Shown piece by piece: positions 49,673 to 64,000 of a stretch of 64,000 nt of DNA (position 1 is its first letter; every line of letters begins with the position of its first letter). This stretch comes from Octopus sinensis. Lineage: Eukaryota. The translations under genes were made by a program, and so were the position numbers. The DNA is taken from assembly GCF_006345805.1 (NCBI RefSeq), contig NC_042999.1, positions 58,466,001-58,530,000 of the forward strand, written 5' to 3'. The notes beneath the pieces are model-generated. The model did not search any database, was not told the origin of the DNA, and saw only the letters and a list, made by a program, of their open reading frames with translations.

Positions 49673-52499
49673 AAACAAAAATGCAAAGGAAAACACATGA
49701 AGATTTCAAATAAATTGGAAGCAGGTTTTTTTTTACTCCAATAACGTAATCTAGTGTTTGGTAACACCAACAGAACGAATCAAATAATTCTAAATCATCT
49801 GATATTGTTCTTTTCTAAATAATCAGAAATGTATTTTTTCTGTTCTTTACACATTGCGCTAATGGGAATAAACGGAACAACATGACAAGTTTGGTGAGGT
49901 GGATGTATGTCATAACTCAATTTTAGCTGATAAAACTTTGATTTTTATGCTTTAGAATTGTAATAAATCATTAGACAGTCACAAAATCGTTTGCAGCTAA
50001 TTAATAATCATTCATTTTATTTTAGGCATATATAGTCTGATATCAATAGATCGCTTCTGTTTTTGATGTTATTGCTGTTGTTTAGCCTTAAATCAACTCA
50101 GATCGAATAAATATTTGATCAAAAGCATTCCAGCCATGACCTCCCCGTCTTTCTGTTTATCTAAGGCTGGGTCGTTCAATGCATACTTCATCCTCTTTTT
50201 GAGTCGGCGAATTGGGTGGGTTGTTAGAACGTCGTACAGAATATTTTGTATTATTTGTTTCAACTGTCTGTGCACTGAGCTCAAATCCTGTCTAGGCCAA
50301 CTCTGGCATTTATTTATTTTTTTCCCGAAGTAGATAAAGAAAGTATCAAGCCAGGCAGTAAATTAGCAGAATTGGTAGAGCGTCGGACGAAATGCTTTGT
50401 GACATCTCTTCCGATACTTTGCGTTCTAGATTAAATCTCATATTAGGTGCCAATGGCCACAGCTAATCACCAGACTATTGTCCAATTCACAAGCAGCATG
50501 GGCATATAGTCCGGCCGACAACTTATATAGACAGACCTATAATAACATTAAGAATCTGGAATGTTAAGTCTGTTAATGGATGATGCGAGACAACGCCATA
50601 ACATGTAATGCGTTCAGATTGATTAAAATTGGCAATTGATTTGGTTCCACTTGATTGGTTTATGAAATGACAATGACAAAAAGAAAACAAAATGAATAAA
50701 GGGGGTAAGATTTGACTGCTACTTCCAGTAGGCGAGGCTGCCATGTAGACGCCTCCTTACTGGCTCGTCAGTACAATGTTAGAACGCTGAGCTGAAAGAT
50801 GACACATTATTGAATAGCGATTAGTCATTCTGACTATCACATAACATTTGGATTTTTGCGTTATACACTAGGATGATCTAACAATTACAAATAATTTAAT
50901 TTTTGTACGTGTGAATACATAAGTCTTGAAAGTCGCTTGATCTGCTTCATATTAACAAGATGTTAATAAATGATGCAAGAGAACGCCTTAGCATGTAATA
51001 TGCTCAGATGGATGAAAGAAGGCTTTGATTCGGTTCCAATTGACTTGTTCATCAAAATACTGTAATTTCACAAAATTGAGAGCATCACGATGAGAGCGTC
51101 ACCAAAATACTTGCATGGAATTTCTTAGGAGATAGTGCTGCTGGTTTTCCCTGTGCCCTATAATTATTGCTCATGAGTTAACCAATAAAAGAAATCCAAT
51201 TTAATGAATGGAATTAGAAAGATCCAAGCTCATCTACTACCGTCTTCTCACGGACGGCCTAAGCATATTTGCTGTAAATGGTTCTGCGATTCAAAAGAGT
51301 CTCATTATTATCAATCAGTTTTGAAAAAAAACATTAAATATGTCGTTAATGTATTATTCATTCGGTACATCACTTCGTTTTCAGTTTGATTCCTTTCTTC
51401 TATCAGGGCATCGTAATTGCTTTCCCCTTTCTATTTTGAAACGAATGTAACTAATTAATGTTCAAAGTTCGAAAGATCTAGATTAGCAAGAAGCCGCCAA
51501 TTCCCACACTAGCTAATTTACCATAGCTACCAGTCATAGAAAATCTATCTACACTTTGTTGCGAAAGGAAGTCAGGGAAGCTATCTTTTCTTCATACCAT
51601 AACTGACATTCAGTTTAATTCAACAAGTTAGCAATCTATGGACACTGACTGAGTGCATGGAAAACTGTTCTGTTGTTCTTTCCTCCTAGAAGAGATCGGA
51701 CAGACGGTACTGTTGAAATTATAGAGTTTATCTCGAATCCGCAATGCCTTTCAGTAGCACTATTACGGTGAAAGATTTCAGGAAATTAACCATAAGCACC
51801 TGATAAAAACCCTAGAAAAAGATCGTTCCATACATTCTCCTCTCGTCGGTACCCAGAATACCTTCATCCAAACGTCATTACGGATATACTGGAATAACCT
51901 ATAAAATACAGAGGCTTACCTTCAACTGACTACATTTGCCAAAAATTCTTTGAAATTTAGGCACGACTCCAGCATTTGACTAATATTTTATTTTACAACC
52001 CAGGAAGGATGAAAGGCAAATTTGACTTCGCAGGATTTAAAATTAGAAAGTAAGAAATCCGAAGAATTATCGCAAGGCCGCTTCTATCAAACATCTACCA
52101 TAGCTCCATGCTTTACACAGATTTTCCACATTTTGTGTTGAAACCGAGTGCATTTAAAGGTGCACGTAAGAGTTTTCTGAGTTTGCCATGGTGAAAGTAC
52201 CCAAACCATCGCCTTCAGGGTGTCGGCTGTTTTAGGGAATCGGTGTTTTTGTTTTTGGTGCCGTCACCACTATGGCGAATATCTCCTACCGTTCACCCAG
52301 TGCAAGAAGCTACTGGAAATATGGCAATGTGAAAGGAAATAAATTAGCTAATTCAGAATTGCCTTTTATTCTCATTCAGGGAAAAAAATTTTAAGCACTT
52401 TCTACCCTTCACTGGAATAAGGGCAAATGAAAAACACCACAGCCACGATGATGATGATGATGATGATGATGATGATAATAAAAACAACAAAAACAATAA

Positions 52500-52780
52500 C
52501 AGCACCTGCTTACTGATAGACATTGCAGTCTCTTCCGACCAAAATATTGCCCTAAAAGAAGTGGAGAAATTATGTAAGTACAAAGACCTCGAAATTGAAG
52601 AATTCAAGATGTGATGCATGAAGGTGAAAACAATACCAGTAATAACTGTAGCAGTGGGTATGATAAAAAATACATATGAACGAAAACGTAGAAGATATAC
52701 CTGAGCATGAACACTACACATAATCCCCAAATCGCCTGCTAGGAATTTCCACATCCTTCGCAAGACACTATTGATTCAAT
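52500..52780 (+). mobile_element. R4/Dong-like LINE REL 3' fragment
   Basis: CLLIDIAVSSDQNIALKEVEKLCKYKDLEIE...VKTIPVI. Confidence 0.75.
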
Positions 52781-53237
52781 AATACAACCCAAACAAAACA
52801 ATCCAGAAACACAAGACGCATTCTATACAGTAAATATCCAATAAAATATTCAGCCACCACAGGTACTCTACAGGACGGAAACCCAACAGAAGAACACAAT
52901 TCCGCGCCTGTGCCTGATCAAATTCTCCTGAATTTTTATTTTGTCCACTATACCGTATAATACAGATTCTACTAGCAAAGAGATGTCCGCTTCAAGTGTT
53001 ACCTCCGTTATCTTTATTTTGACAACTGTCTGACAGAGGTATGTCATAATTAGCCATAAATCCTCACCTTTGAGGGTGGTTGTGGAAAATGTTTTTTGCT
53101 AATTCATTAGTTGGGAATCTTACCTAAACTGTGCCAAAGCGTCTCCCACGGGCAACATAAGATTTCAAAACCTAGACCAGTTTAAGTCATTTTCCGATTT
53201 GAGCCTATGTTGCTCGCTTCAGTTTTTAAGTCTTTAA

Positions 53238-53458
53238 CCCTTTAGTGTTAGCATTATTCTGCCAAAATTAATCCTTTTTTATCCACATTGCCTTGAACTA
53301 ATCAGGCATTATATTGGTGCTATGAGATTTTGATGAGGTAGCTGTTAATTTTTAAAACAATATTGTAGGGCTGGTGTGAGAGACCAGATCTGGCCAGTCT
53401 GAACATAAAACAGGTAGAATACTTTTGGCCGGATATGGCCGGTTTAAATGCTAAAGGG
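53238..53458. mobile_element. piggyBac-type MITE
   Basis: TTAA|CCCTTTAG...CTAAAGGG|TTAA: TTAA TSD and CCCTTTAG TIRs. Confidence 0.88.
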
Positions 53459-53899
53459 TTAATGATATACAGTTATATATAATGCTTTTTTTCTTAGCGT
53501 CTTCTTGCACTTCCTCCGATTTGTCAATGTATACTGTTCTGTCATTCTTTGGTTAAGTGCATCTTAGCGTCGCTCAATATATTTTCTGTCAATTTGATTT
53601 TCACCTTGTTCGTACAGGCTCGTGCCAAACATTTCCATTCAGCTTAGAGAAAAGAACTGCCGCTGTTATTACGTTATTGTTTGTGTGGTAGTGGTGGTGT
53701 TGGTGTTGGTGTTAGGTACGGTGGTGGAGGTCGTGCTTGCGTCGTCTTTCTCGTCGCTGCTACTTCTGTTGTTGTTGTTGTTGTTGTTGTTGCTGCTGCT
53801 GCTGTTGTCTTTGCTTCGTTTATCGACCACATCATCTAGTGGTGGGGAAAGAATGCCATAGCAGCTATTCCATAAAAGTAGTAGTAGTAGTAGTAGTAA

Positions 53900-53952
<53 letters not shown>

Positions 53953-56475
53953 TGATGATGATGATGATGATAATTTGCTTTATTGTTAAAGGAACGGGAG
54001 ATGATGGAGGTTATAAAAGAGATTACAAAATCGCGAGTGTTTAGATCATATGTAGGAAATAGGATTGGAAAAAAAATGTGATTTCTTAACTGAACATGAA
54101 GTCATAAGACTACAAGCAAAGAAATCATGAGGGATTTTTCTTTCAATAATAAAAATGTGGAATAAATTGACTCGCTTCAGCTTTAGTGTAATGTTCTTTT
54201 TCTGTAAGCATGTCTGATGACTTACGAACTAAACAATGCTGACATAAAATGCTAAAATTTTCCTCAGTAATAAAACACTCGCCGGTATTTATTATAACCG
54301 ACACATCTGATAAACATTCGATAGTATTTTATCATAAACAAGTGAAAGATATCATAAAACTCGAATATAATAAAGAGTAATTTCGACATGTTATTTAATA
54401 CTACGTTGCGGATATTAAAATATGATTCCCTGTATCAGGCATTATCGCCTGAATCTGGTCAAAAAGATTATAAAATAGAGCTTGTAAAACAAACAAACAC
54501 ACAATGAAGTTTTTTTTTTTTTTAAGATAAGCAGCAACATCATCAGCAACAGAGAAACAGTCAAAACGTTATGTTCGTATTAATTAACAGGAAAACGGCT
54601 TTTCACGGCTTTACATCAACTAAGTCTGCAATAAATTGATACGGTAATAAAATAGTTTGAAGAACCATAAAACATTTTAATTCAAAATATTTTAATGATT
54701 TGACTTCGAACTATATATGGCGAGATAGTTGCCGTTGTGAGGCTTATATTGGTATAACACTTGCTGTCGGCGTTGTAGCAATGGTAGTGGTAATGTTGTT
54801 TAATGAACCTATAGTAAAGTTAGTGGTTATAATAGTGGTAGCAGGTATTGCCTGTTATCTTGTTTGATGCTGATGTTGATGCCTATTAAAATAATTAAAG
54901 GCATTTCAGCCATTACTTCCCCCCGCTTATTTTCAGACATTGCATTCTGGACTACATTGTCTAATGTGTCTTTCCTGTGTTTTCTTTTTAAGACGGTAGA
55001 TTGTGGTTAAAAGGATGTTCAGTTGTTGTTTGTAGTTCTTCCTTGATATGACATGATTCGTGTTGGCAGTCGTGGGGAAAATAACGCCACGGGTGTTAAT
55101 GGAAAGTTGTGCTGTTAATATGCTAAATGGGTGTCGGCGCGATCAATACAGCCATATTGTTTGAGGGGTAGTCGTGAAGGTGCTAATAATTTTGATGATT
55201 AGTGGTGATGGTAGCCGTTTTGATATTGGCCATATATATATCTATGGTGTTCACACACGTCATAAAGCTGCTACCACTGCTGCTTATGTTGCTGCTACTG
55301 TTTTTGCTGCCAGTTGCAGTCATATTCTTTAAATATGGTAATATTTCTATATCTCTGTTTGTATTGTCTTTTGTATATAATTCTTTGAGATTTTAATGCG
55401 ATTATGTAAATATTTATTGTTTTATGTGTGCATTCTTAAAAATTAAAATTACCAAAAAAGATAAACAAAAAGAAAAGCACATATTTGAACTATGGCGGTA
55501 ATATTCTTTTCTATTAGCGCAAAATTTATTGAGAAACACGTCGAGAGTGATATAAATTATTTCTTGTGGAATAATGTGTCGGTAGCGGATTATATTTTTT
55601 TCTTTTTCACCTCAACAGCTCGTAGCTTTGTAATCAATGTTCCTATCATCGGTTTATTTCTTTATACTTGAATGTACAACTGGGCGTAAAAATATTTCAA
55701 CAATGTATAAATTGGTTTAATGATAATTATCAAACCGATCGATAGGGAATATATATAGATTAGAAATAATGACCTCATGTGGGACTATCGGCTTCCACAT
55801 CTACGTTGACATTCGTTTTGCTAGAAGTAGTAGTCAACTCTCCCACAAACCTCACCGAACTGTCTTCAAAAGGGAAGGAGACATCGGAAAATGTCTGCAA
55901 ATACACTATTCAAGTAAAAAAAATAAAGGGTATGATTTTTAAAGTTGGACGCTTTTTTGGTCATAGATTTCCTTAATGAGTCCATACCTGAAGCAAAACA
56001 ACAAAGGCAAAAACTACAAGACCTATGCTTTTTACGTTTAAAGTCTTATATAGTAAGTAGTAGCAATAACTAAAAGTAGTGAGCAGTTATCGCTGGAATT
56101 CAAAGAAATAGGATATTTCTAAAGTCGACTTCGGTGAGAGCACTAGGAAACAATCAGTTTCTTATAAAATGAAGCACATACATGACTGTATAAAATTCAT
56201 TTTTAGATATAAATAAATTGAAAAGGCAGCTTGTAACAGAATGCAATGAGGTGTACAAACATCTGTTTAGTCACGATGACAAAACAGAAGCGTTAAAATA
56301 TAAAAAGAGTACTGTTATTCGAGTTCGGCTGTTAGGTTACTACTATTGTAATCATTCTTGATGTTTAGCCCCCAGGTCAGCGCTGATTCAGCAGACCTAC
56401 AGCTTAAAGAATTCTTGCCTGTGATTAACCAGTTTTTCGTTTTGACACTCCAAAAGTTACACAACATTATATCGG

Positions 56476-56520
<45 letters not shown>

Positions 56521-56521
56521 T

Positions 56522-56561
<40 letters not shown>

Positions 56562-57416
56562 CGCAGTTATTTTATTCCATACGGATAGAAATATAGGAAA
56601 AACAGAAGTTGAAAACGCACTGAGAATATTTAAAATATTTTTTATCAATATATTTAAAGTTTTAACCGGTTTCACAGTTTACACTGATTTTCAAAAAGTT
56701 CAAATAGAAAGACGTGGCTTATGTCGCAGCTGTCTTGCTTCTGACCAGTGTTTGAAGCTTGCCCTATTTTTATAGGGAGTTCATGGCTTAAATTGGTATA
56801 TATTTTGAATAGGATTTCATTGGTAGAAGATAGTCGCATGACTGGTTTTAGAAATTTTTGTAGGTTCCCCGCTACGTCCGTGTGTTAGTATCAAGTGACA
56901 ATGTTTGGTGTCGTAAGTTAAGGCTGACATGGCTGACTGAACATGTCCCAAACAATCAATACTCTGAATGTTTTCTGTCAAGTGTTTGTAGAGAATGAAC
57001 ACATGGTTAAGTTTATAACCTTTTGTACGTTTCCTGCTACGTCCGTGCGTTGTTGTCACGTGACACTATATTTTGCGCCTAAAAAGAAGTCCGTCACAGT
57101 TGAGTGAACATGTTTAGTTATCATCAAGGCACTCCAAATTTAATCTGTCTGGTGAGAGAGTGGACAGGAATCGTTTTGTGTAGTCCAGTGGCTATAGCTT
57201 AGGTTGTTAGCTGTGCAGGTTCTTCATCATAAGTGACAGAATGAGTCTTATATGTGAATTGTTATTTGTGTATGTACTCTGTTAAAGTTTGTTAAGTTTT
57301 GGTTTGTACTTTTGTATGAAAGTATTTTTTTGTTTGTCCGTGCTTCATCTGTAACTGAAACCGGTTAAAGCTTTAAATATATTAATAAAAAACATATTAT
57401 AAACTATTCTCAGTTA

Positions 57417-57566
57417 GGCGTAGGAGTGGCTGTGTGGTAAGTAGCTAGCTTACCAATCACATGGTTCCGGGTTCAGTCCCACTGCGTGGCACCTTCTTAC
57501 TATAGCCTCGGGCCCACCAAAACCTTGTGAGTGAATTTTGTAGACGGAAACTGAAAGAAGTCTATC

Positions 57567-57638
<72 letters not shown>

Positions 57639-57796
57639 ATATGTGTGTGTCTGTGTTTGTCCCCCCAACATCGCTTGACAAACGATGCTGGTGTGTTTAT
57701 GTCCCCGTAACTTAGCGGTTCTTCAAAAGAATAAGTCCTGGGGTCGATTTGCTCGACTGAAAGCCACAGTCAAATGACTGAAACAAGTAAAAGAGT
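57417..57796 (+). mobile_element. SINE family B with internal deletions
   Basis: ggcgtaggagtggctgtgtggtaag...gggttcagtcccactgcgtggcacctt...gaaacaagtaaaagagt. Confidence 0.88.
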
Positions 57797-59410
57797 GCAT
57801 TTTCAACTTCTACTTTTCCTACAACCGCTCACACCCACACCACCCCACACACAAACACTTATATCTTTTTCAAGGTAGAGGGAGTATGATCAGAGGAAGT
57901 TTTGGATGTAATTTCCAGAAGATCCATCCATCTCATAGTTACTTCTTGGACCCGGTTAAGGCTATCGTTTTAAACAATGAGTTTTCTGTAACATGCAATT
58001 AGACAAATTTGACACCACAATTGCGATCAGAAGGATACTAAAAACACTTTTGAAAATCTGCCCAACATAAATGTAGTTGATTTTCTCTTCAGGTTTCATA
58101 TCTCCCAGACTTTTGCTGCATCTGTGTAGTCCCAGACGAATTACAAATTGATTACAAATTGAGCAAATTTGTAATTAAAGCCGTTTAAGTCGTTATTATC
58201 GCATTCCATCTTTTATTCAGACATAAAGTATTTAAGACTGCAATCTTGCTATATCTTTTTGAAACGATCTGCTGCGATTTGAGAGAAATTTGGCTACTGT
58301 TTAGAGATTGAGTAGAGGTTCCTAACCGAAAGGTTATTGCATGCAATGTACTGCTGCAGAGTGAATTCTACGATGAGATATAGGACATAGGAAGAATTAA
58401 AAACAAAGGTAGATTTTTGAACAAACAAAATGATCTAATATGATTTGGAACATCTACTTGTTCACTATTTGCAAATTTAATATAAATATAAATATGAATT
58501 TAATATACTGATTAAGATGTTGATGTAATTTAAACTTTATATGAAATATTGAGATGTAATTTAGTAGGTGTGATTTATGAAACATCTTTATTTTTTATAT
58601 GTTCCTTCTCATATGAAATATAATTTGTTATCTCTGAAAATGAAGACATTCAGAGTTAACTAAAAAGCAATGTTATTTAATTACAATTTATAATAAGTTT
58701 AGATATACTACAAGATAGATAACAATAAACAAAGCTGTTGACACAAACAACGTCGAAAATACGTGACTCTTTTCTTAAAAATCGTGCAATGTATAAGAAC
58801 CGAAAAACATTTTTCTCAAACTTTGTTGTTATAAAACAAGCTGCTGTAGCAGCAGCAGTATTTGTTGTATATCTCCATTTTCATACAAGAACTGACTGGT
58901 TGTGTTTGCACTTTTAAAATTTCTCTCTGTAAGTGAACCTTCCTTCATACCTGTTCATCCCACTTCTCCATACATTTTAATTGACATATTTCTCATATGT
59001 TTTAATCATCTTCCACAGCTGTTCATTACATGTACTTCAGAGGTCATACAATGTCTTAATCTGTCTTACGAATTGACATTACACATCCAATTAAATATAC
59101 TCAACTTAGAGCATTATAGCTGCTGTGAATATTGTTTGTAAACTATTACATTTCACTATATCATCCTCTCACTTGGCATTTCAAGGAATCCAAATGTGTG
59201 AACATTCCTCATCTAGAGAGTGAGTGTGTCTGAGTTTGTTAATCACTTCGAAAGATTGCTGCCGGATTGCAATTATATTTATTCATATATTTATTCTCAT
59301 GAAATTCGATCGGCAACACGCTTCAGCTTCTGATTCACAGGCGTTTTGTAGCCTCACACTTCCTGGGTGGTCGAGTGTTACTTTTACACTTGCTTTCCAG
59401 AATTACTCAC

Positions 59411-59626
59411 CTCTTACGTCCATCTCAAACCTTGCACTAAACAATTCGTCTAGATGGTCATCCACTCTAGAATGCCAACCCACTGGAATTTCCTCTTCAC
59501 CTGTTATTTCTGCTGCAAACGATGTATAACTATTCACGAAAAACGTCGACCGCGTCAATCTCACTAGTCTTTAAGGGTCTGTAAATGTGATGAGTGCAGC
59601 TTCTTACTGAGTACCTTACCAAGGTA
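59411..59626 (-). CDS. Candidate coding exon of an unidentified host gene
   Basis: Minus strand: polypyrimidine tract plus TTTAG acceptor (59627) and AG|GTGAGT donor (59410); open frame ..NSYTSFAAEITGEEEIPVGWHSRVDDHLDELFSARFEMDVR running into the donor. Confidence 0.35.
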
Positions 59627-60539
59627 CTAAAGTAAAAAAAAGGAAACAAACAACGTCAGTAATTTATTAATTACATTGATTCCAAATTAATAATCTCTCC
59701 ATCGAACAAGTAATGTTTTAACAATAAAACATCCTTTATAATTACTTTAAATAAAAGTTTTGTAAATATTTGTTATGCAATTCACAGAAGGATGGAATAT
59801 AAACACGATATGTTTATTGGTAAAATATGCACGAAATGGCTATGCACATAGTCTTTGCAAGCTTCCTTGTAGAGAGTTAGTGTATAGTGGGAGATTAAAT
59901 ATTTCCTGACGGTAGGTGTTTTAAGTTGAGAACATATGTTTGTCAGGAGAAATCTGTAACGGCCTTGAAGCCTAAGTTTTCCAACAATCTTGAAGTTTAT
60001 AGATGTGTGTATTCATGTTTAGTGAGAATGTCATGTTTTCTTGTTACGTGCTATCTCTGTGTCTTTTTGTAGTTGAAGGGGATAAGATTATTATCATCCC
60101 ATTGGAGGACGCTTCTGAAGTTTCTGCTCATGGAATCGTTGCAGATATTGGATGAGGTATTTAAGTTGCATGTGGCTATCGTTTTGGTACTGAAAGTTTG
60201 GGGGAGAATGAAAGGTGTCATCGTATCTGTTCGAAGAGATGTCGATAGGTTCCTGACTTTGGGTAAAAGAAAATGGATGAGGATAAATTTATCATGATTT
60301 TATTCAGCATATTCCCCTCTCAGGTTCACACGCTTATTGCAGTGGTCCTCCAGTCTTTCTAAGCCTGTGAAAGAACTTGGAAGGTTTGGCCTCCAGACAA
60401 GCCCTTCGCGATACCTTTAAAACCAGGAACTTTTCATCACCTCCTTGCAGGAATGGGTGTTGTTAGAGCACATAGGTAGTTGATGCATAAATGCAAGAAT
60501 AGAGTAGACAAAACTGAATCCTTAGCCACATCAGGGTGT

Positions 60540-60830
60540 TAGAATGTGGATCCAAAGAGGTTTACCGGCATAGGTTGCAATGGTGGGATCTGACAGAAAG
60601 CGTCCCATCCAGATGAAAGCACAAGATATTTTCATGCTAGAAACGATCGAAAACCTTATATCAAAAGCAGTACCAGGGTGTTCACTAAATTTTCGCGAGT
60701 TTAGAGCCCACTGGGAAGTGATATAAAAAACCAAATCTCCTGTAGTGCTGGTTTTTTTGGGAAATGTGATCGTTATGGAGAGAAAAATTTTCAAGGTGGT
60801 GGAGAATAATGTCTCCCTCACCTTTGAGTT
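60540..60830 (-). mobile_element. Old CR1-like RT remnant
   Basis: AFD..........W...FLSD.TI pattern resembling KAFD..W..SFL.DR. Confidence 0.4.
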
Positions 60831-60920
60831 GTACGAAGTAAATGGTATTGGATGATATCCGGTAGGGTCAGAACAATTTCCCTCTTAAGAATGGGGCTTA
60901 CTATAATGTGTAAAATGATC

Positions 60921-60998
<78 letters not shown>

Positions 60999-62598
60999 GA
61001 CAGAGACAGAGAGAGAGACAGAGAGTGTGGAGGAAGAGAGTACAAAAGAGGAGGAGAAAGAGGGAAAAGAGTTTGGTGAGTGTAGAGACTAAGTACGAGG
61101 CGTGTTGTTTGAAGTTAATGGAAAGAAATAATGTTGGACTTGCGACTTGGTGGCATTATTGGCGTAAAATGACCAGAGGTTCCGTTACATTTGGCGAGTA
61201 TGTATGCACAATAGTCTGGTGTGGTGGAAAGAGATAGTTTTAGAGAAATGTTTTCGAATATGTGCAGTGTTGAGTTGGATTCAAGGTGTTCGGTAAATGT
61301 GTAGGTTTACAGATGTGTCGGGCCGAATATTGAAGTAAAGAAGATTCTACTTGAATCATGGGACTAGGTAGAATCATGAATTTTGTAGAGTTGGGACATT
61401 TCCTTGAAGCGTTATTATCTACGGTGTTTGTCTGAACTATTGAGATACAACTCTTGGAGTCTTTTAGGTGGCAATATTTCGGTTATAGTTAACTTGGAAA
61501 CAACGCAAAAGAAAAGATACCCCAAAAGCGTTAAGTTTTCCGCAGCATACTTTTAGATGATCTATATAAGAAATTGAATTAAGTTTTCTTTTCAGTTTAA
61601 TGACATGGAACTCTATTCTTATGCCATGAAATTTGTCTTTCTGATGAGTTAAAATCATTGAAAATTAAATAACAAACTATAGATTAGCGGTAATTTATTG
61701 TACCGAAAAATTCACTGTTAATAGTATATAGTATAGAATTGCAAGTCTTTTTATTATTTCAAACCAGCTCCATCAGTACTCTCACACGATTAGAATACTA
61801 TAGATTGAAAATAAAATCTTATCAAGTACAGCAAATTTACAATTTTACAAAGCTTTTTCTTTTTTAGTGAATCTCTGGATCTGATATTGCCCCAATCACT
61901 GTGAACTTAATTTTACAGTTAGAAAGAGCTTTTATATACAATATATATACATTAATTTGTCTACATCAATGATGTAAATTTCCAAACATTTTTCTTTTAA
62001 ATTGACAAAGGTATAAGTAGTGAATGTCAGTCGTTTATATTTGGTCAGGTAATTCTATTGTAAATCCATTAGGAATATGATATCTAATCTTGGTACATAA
62101 CCAGACCATGGTTTACTAAAATCTATATTGCATTAACGCTAACACGGCTTTTACTTACGCTGTGATGAAACTGTATTTGTTTCAACTCAAACGCATTAGT
62201 TTTACATTTAAAACCTTTTACCATAAGGAATAGACAACTATCTTTGAAATGGTAGTCAAATAAAAATCTCACAAGTTAATATCTTCATTTACCGATTTAC
62301 GATTTCGGCATATCTATACAACTACATCTGACTATGCCCGAAGCTATGTTTGATTAGGAGAGATTCAATCAAACCTATGACAGAATATTACTTGTACTTG
62401 TTTTATCGGCTTAATAAAGGTGGAAAGCCAAATCGATCAGTTCATACTCTGGTTTGATTCAAAATGTAAAGGAATGTAACTATATACTGTAAATAATTTA
62501 GTTCTAAATCAGTCTTCTGCCATCCGTCAATACTCTCACGTAGGCATATCACGTAGACACACTAATGTACTTGAACATCGCCGTGCTTTCTTTTTATT

Positions 62599-62630
<32 letters not shown>

Positions 62631-63031
62631 GTTTATGCAGTTTTACTTATTTGCTGGTTGTAAGCAATAACGTCGGCAACAGTTGCACAATCAATAGTGC
62701 ACAGCTTTTCCGATTGCACAAGCGACGAGGGATTGTCGACAACTTGGTGCTGAATATCTATTCTAAAGGACTTTTTCCCTTTTGTTGCTGATGTTAACGT
62801 TGTGCTACGAGTTACAGTGGCGACAGATATAGATCTACTTTCATATGCAGAAACACCCAGTAAAACACACACACACATACACACATACATACTCGGTGGA
62901 TTTATACACAGCTTCCATCTAACCAACTTTCATTTACAAGGTTAGTCGAGCCTGTTATGGGAAATACTTTTCCAAGGTGTAGCGCAATGACAACGAGCCT
63001 GGAGCCAAGTCATTGTGAAACAAGCTTTTTA

Positions 63032-63445
63032 TATTTCTTTATTGCCCACAAGGGGCTAAACACAGAGGAGACAAATAAGGACAGACAAACGGATTAAGTC
63101 GATTACATCAATCCCAGTGCGTAACTGGTACTTATTTAATCGAACCCGAAAGGATGAAAGGCAAAGTCGACCTCGGCGGAATTTGAACTCAGAACGTAAC
63201 GGCAGACGAAATACCTATTTCTTTACTACCCACAAGGGGCTAAACACAGAGAGGACAAACAAGGACAGACAAAGGGATTAAGTCGATTATATCGACGCCA
63301 GTGCGTAACTGCTACTTATTTAATCGACCCCGAAAGGATGAAAGGCAAAGTCGACCTCGGCGGAATTTGAACTCAGAACGTAGCGGCAGATGAAATACCG
63401 CTAAGCATTTCGCCCAGCGTGCTAACGTTTCTGCCAGCTCACCGG
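63032..63445 (-). mobile_element. SINE family A dimer (184-bp period) with 13-bp TSD
   Basis: Same junction GAAATACC|TATTTCTTT as 5037-5456. Flanks AACAAGCTTTTTA (63019-63031) and AACAAACTTTTTA (63446-63458). Confidence 0.9.
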
Positions 63446-63689
63446 AACAAACTTTTTAACTACACAACTGTACCTATACTTAAAATATAAAATGAATAGT
63501 CAATTTCTTAATTAAAGAAACAAAAATGCGTATTTGTTTATAAAACAAACTGTTTACACGACAGGCATGAGAAAGTGAAGTTTTATTTTCTCAACTCTTC
63601 ACGAATAAAAGAGGAGAACGATATAAGTTATCTGATGGTCTGTTTGCTACGTCTGACACCACCTTCACACAGCTTTGCTGTAATTTTGT

Positions 63690-63903
63690 TGTTCATGATA
63701 GGCTCACGGAGATGGTTGGATGAATTATTTGCCATGAAACCACCTCAATTCTGGGAAGAGGGTATTTTCAAGTTAAAGGAAAGTTGGAGACGCATTGTGC
63801 AACAAAATGGTTCATATTTGGTTGATTAAAAATGTAATGGCAAGTATTTATTGACGTTTTTCTTTCCTTTAAAATCGGCTCGAACTTTCCTGACCACCCA
63901 ATA
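63690..63903 (+). mobile_element. mariner transposase C-terminal remnant with TIR
   Basis: WLDELFAMKPPQFWEEGIFKLKESWRRIVQQNGSYLVD*, then ...GAACTTTCCTGACCACCCAATA. Confidence 0.8.
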
Positions 63904-64000
63904 ACTATCAAATATTGCGTACAATGTATCGGTCAATCCCAAGCTAAAATAAAAGCCACTTGCCCAAAATGCCGTGCACTGAAATCAAACCCGGAATGAC

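Noticed and set aside
50562-51060. Old ~110-bp direct duplication (50562-50670 vs 50950-51060)
   Set aside because: Low identity, no structure or coding signal; probably decayed repeat fragments.
57960-58135. Minus-strand frame MKPEEKINYIYVGQIFKSVFSILLIAIVVSNL with a hydrophobic stretch
   Set aside because: Short, no convincing splice sites, no recognised family; compatible with chance.

Overview
AT-rich, microsatellite-dense animal genomic DNA made up almost entirely of transposon-derived sequence. The SINE families and repeat landscape look like a coleoid cephalopod, probably Octopus (inference from recalled families, not provable here). No host gene is securely identifiable; there is one candidate exon. 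The standout is a ~10.4-kb Penelope-like retroelement (PLE) at 11741-22153. It carries a 5'-truncated RT plus C-terminal GIY-YIG endonuclease frame (Hydra-clade-like motifs) and a ~4.8-kb G/T-skewed, satellite-containing 3' region ending in a hammerhead ribozyme. A 3.4-kb inverted copy of that 3' region is fused to the truncated 5' end, so the ORF sits inside a giant inverted repeat. Three further small elements (2569-2796, 31787-32045, 44498-45497 and its duplicate) share the same back-to-back layout in (TA)n. In each, one end carries an extra tail and the other stops at an internal TATA-like motif. One of them is a 478-nt hammerhead-bearing tandem unit resembling a retrozyme. The rest is three tRNA-derived SINE families, R4/Dong-like, RTE, Tx1-like and CR1-like LINE remnants, Tc1/mariner, piggyBac and Helentron-like remnants, and microsatellites. 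Almost all ORFs in the supplied track are microsatellite or antisense artefacts.
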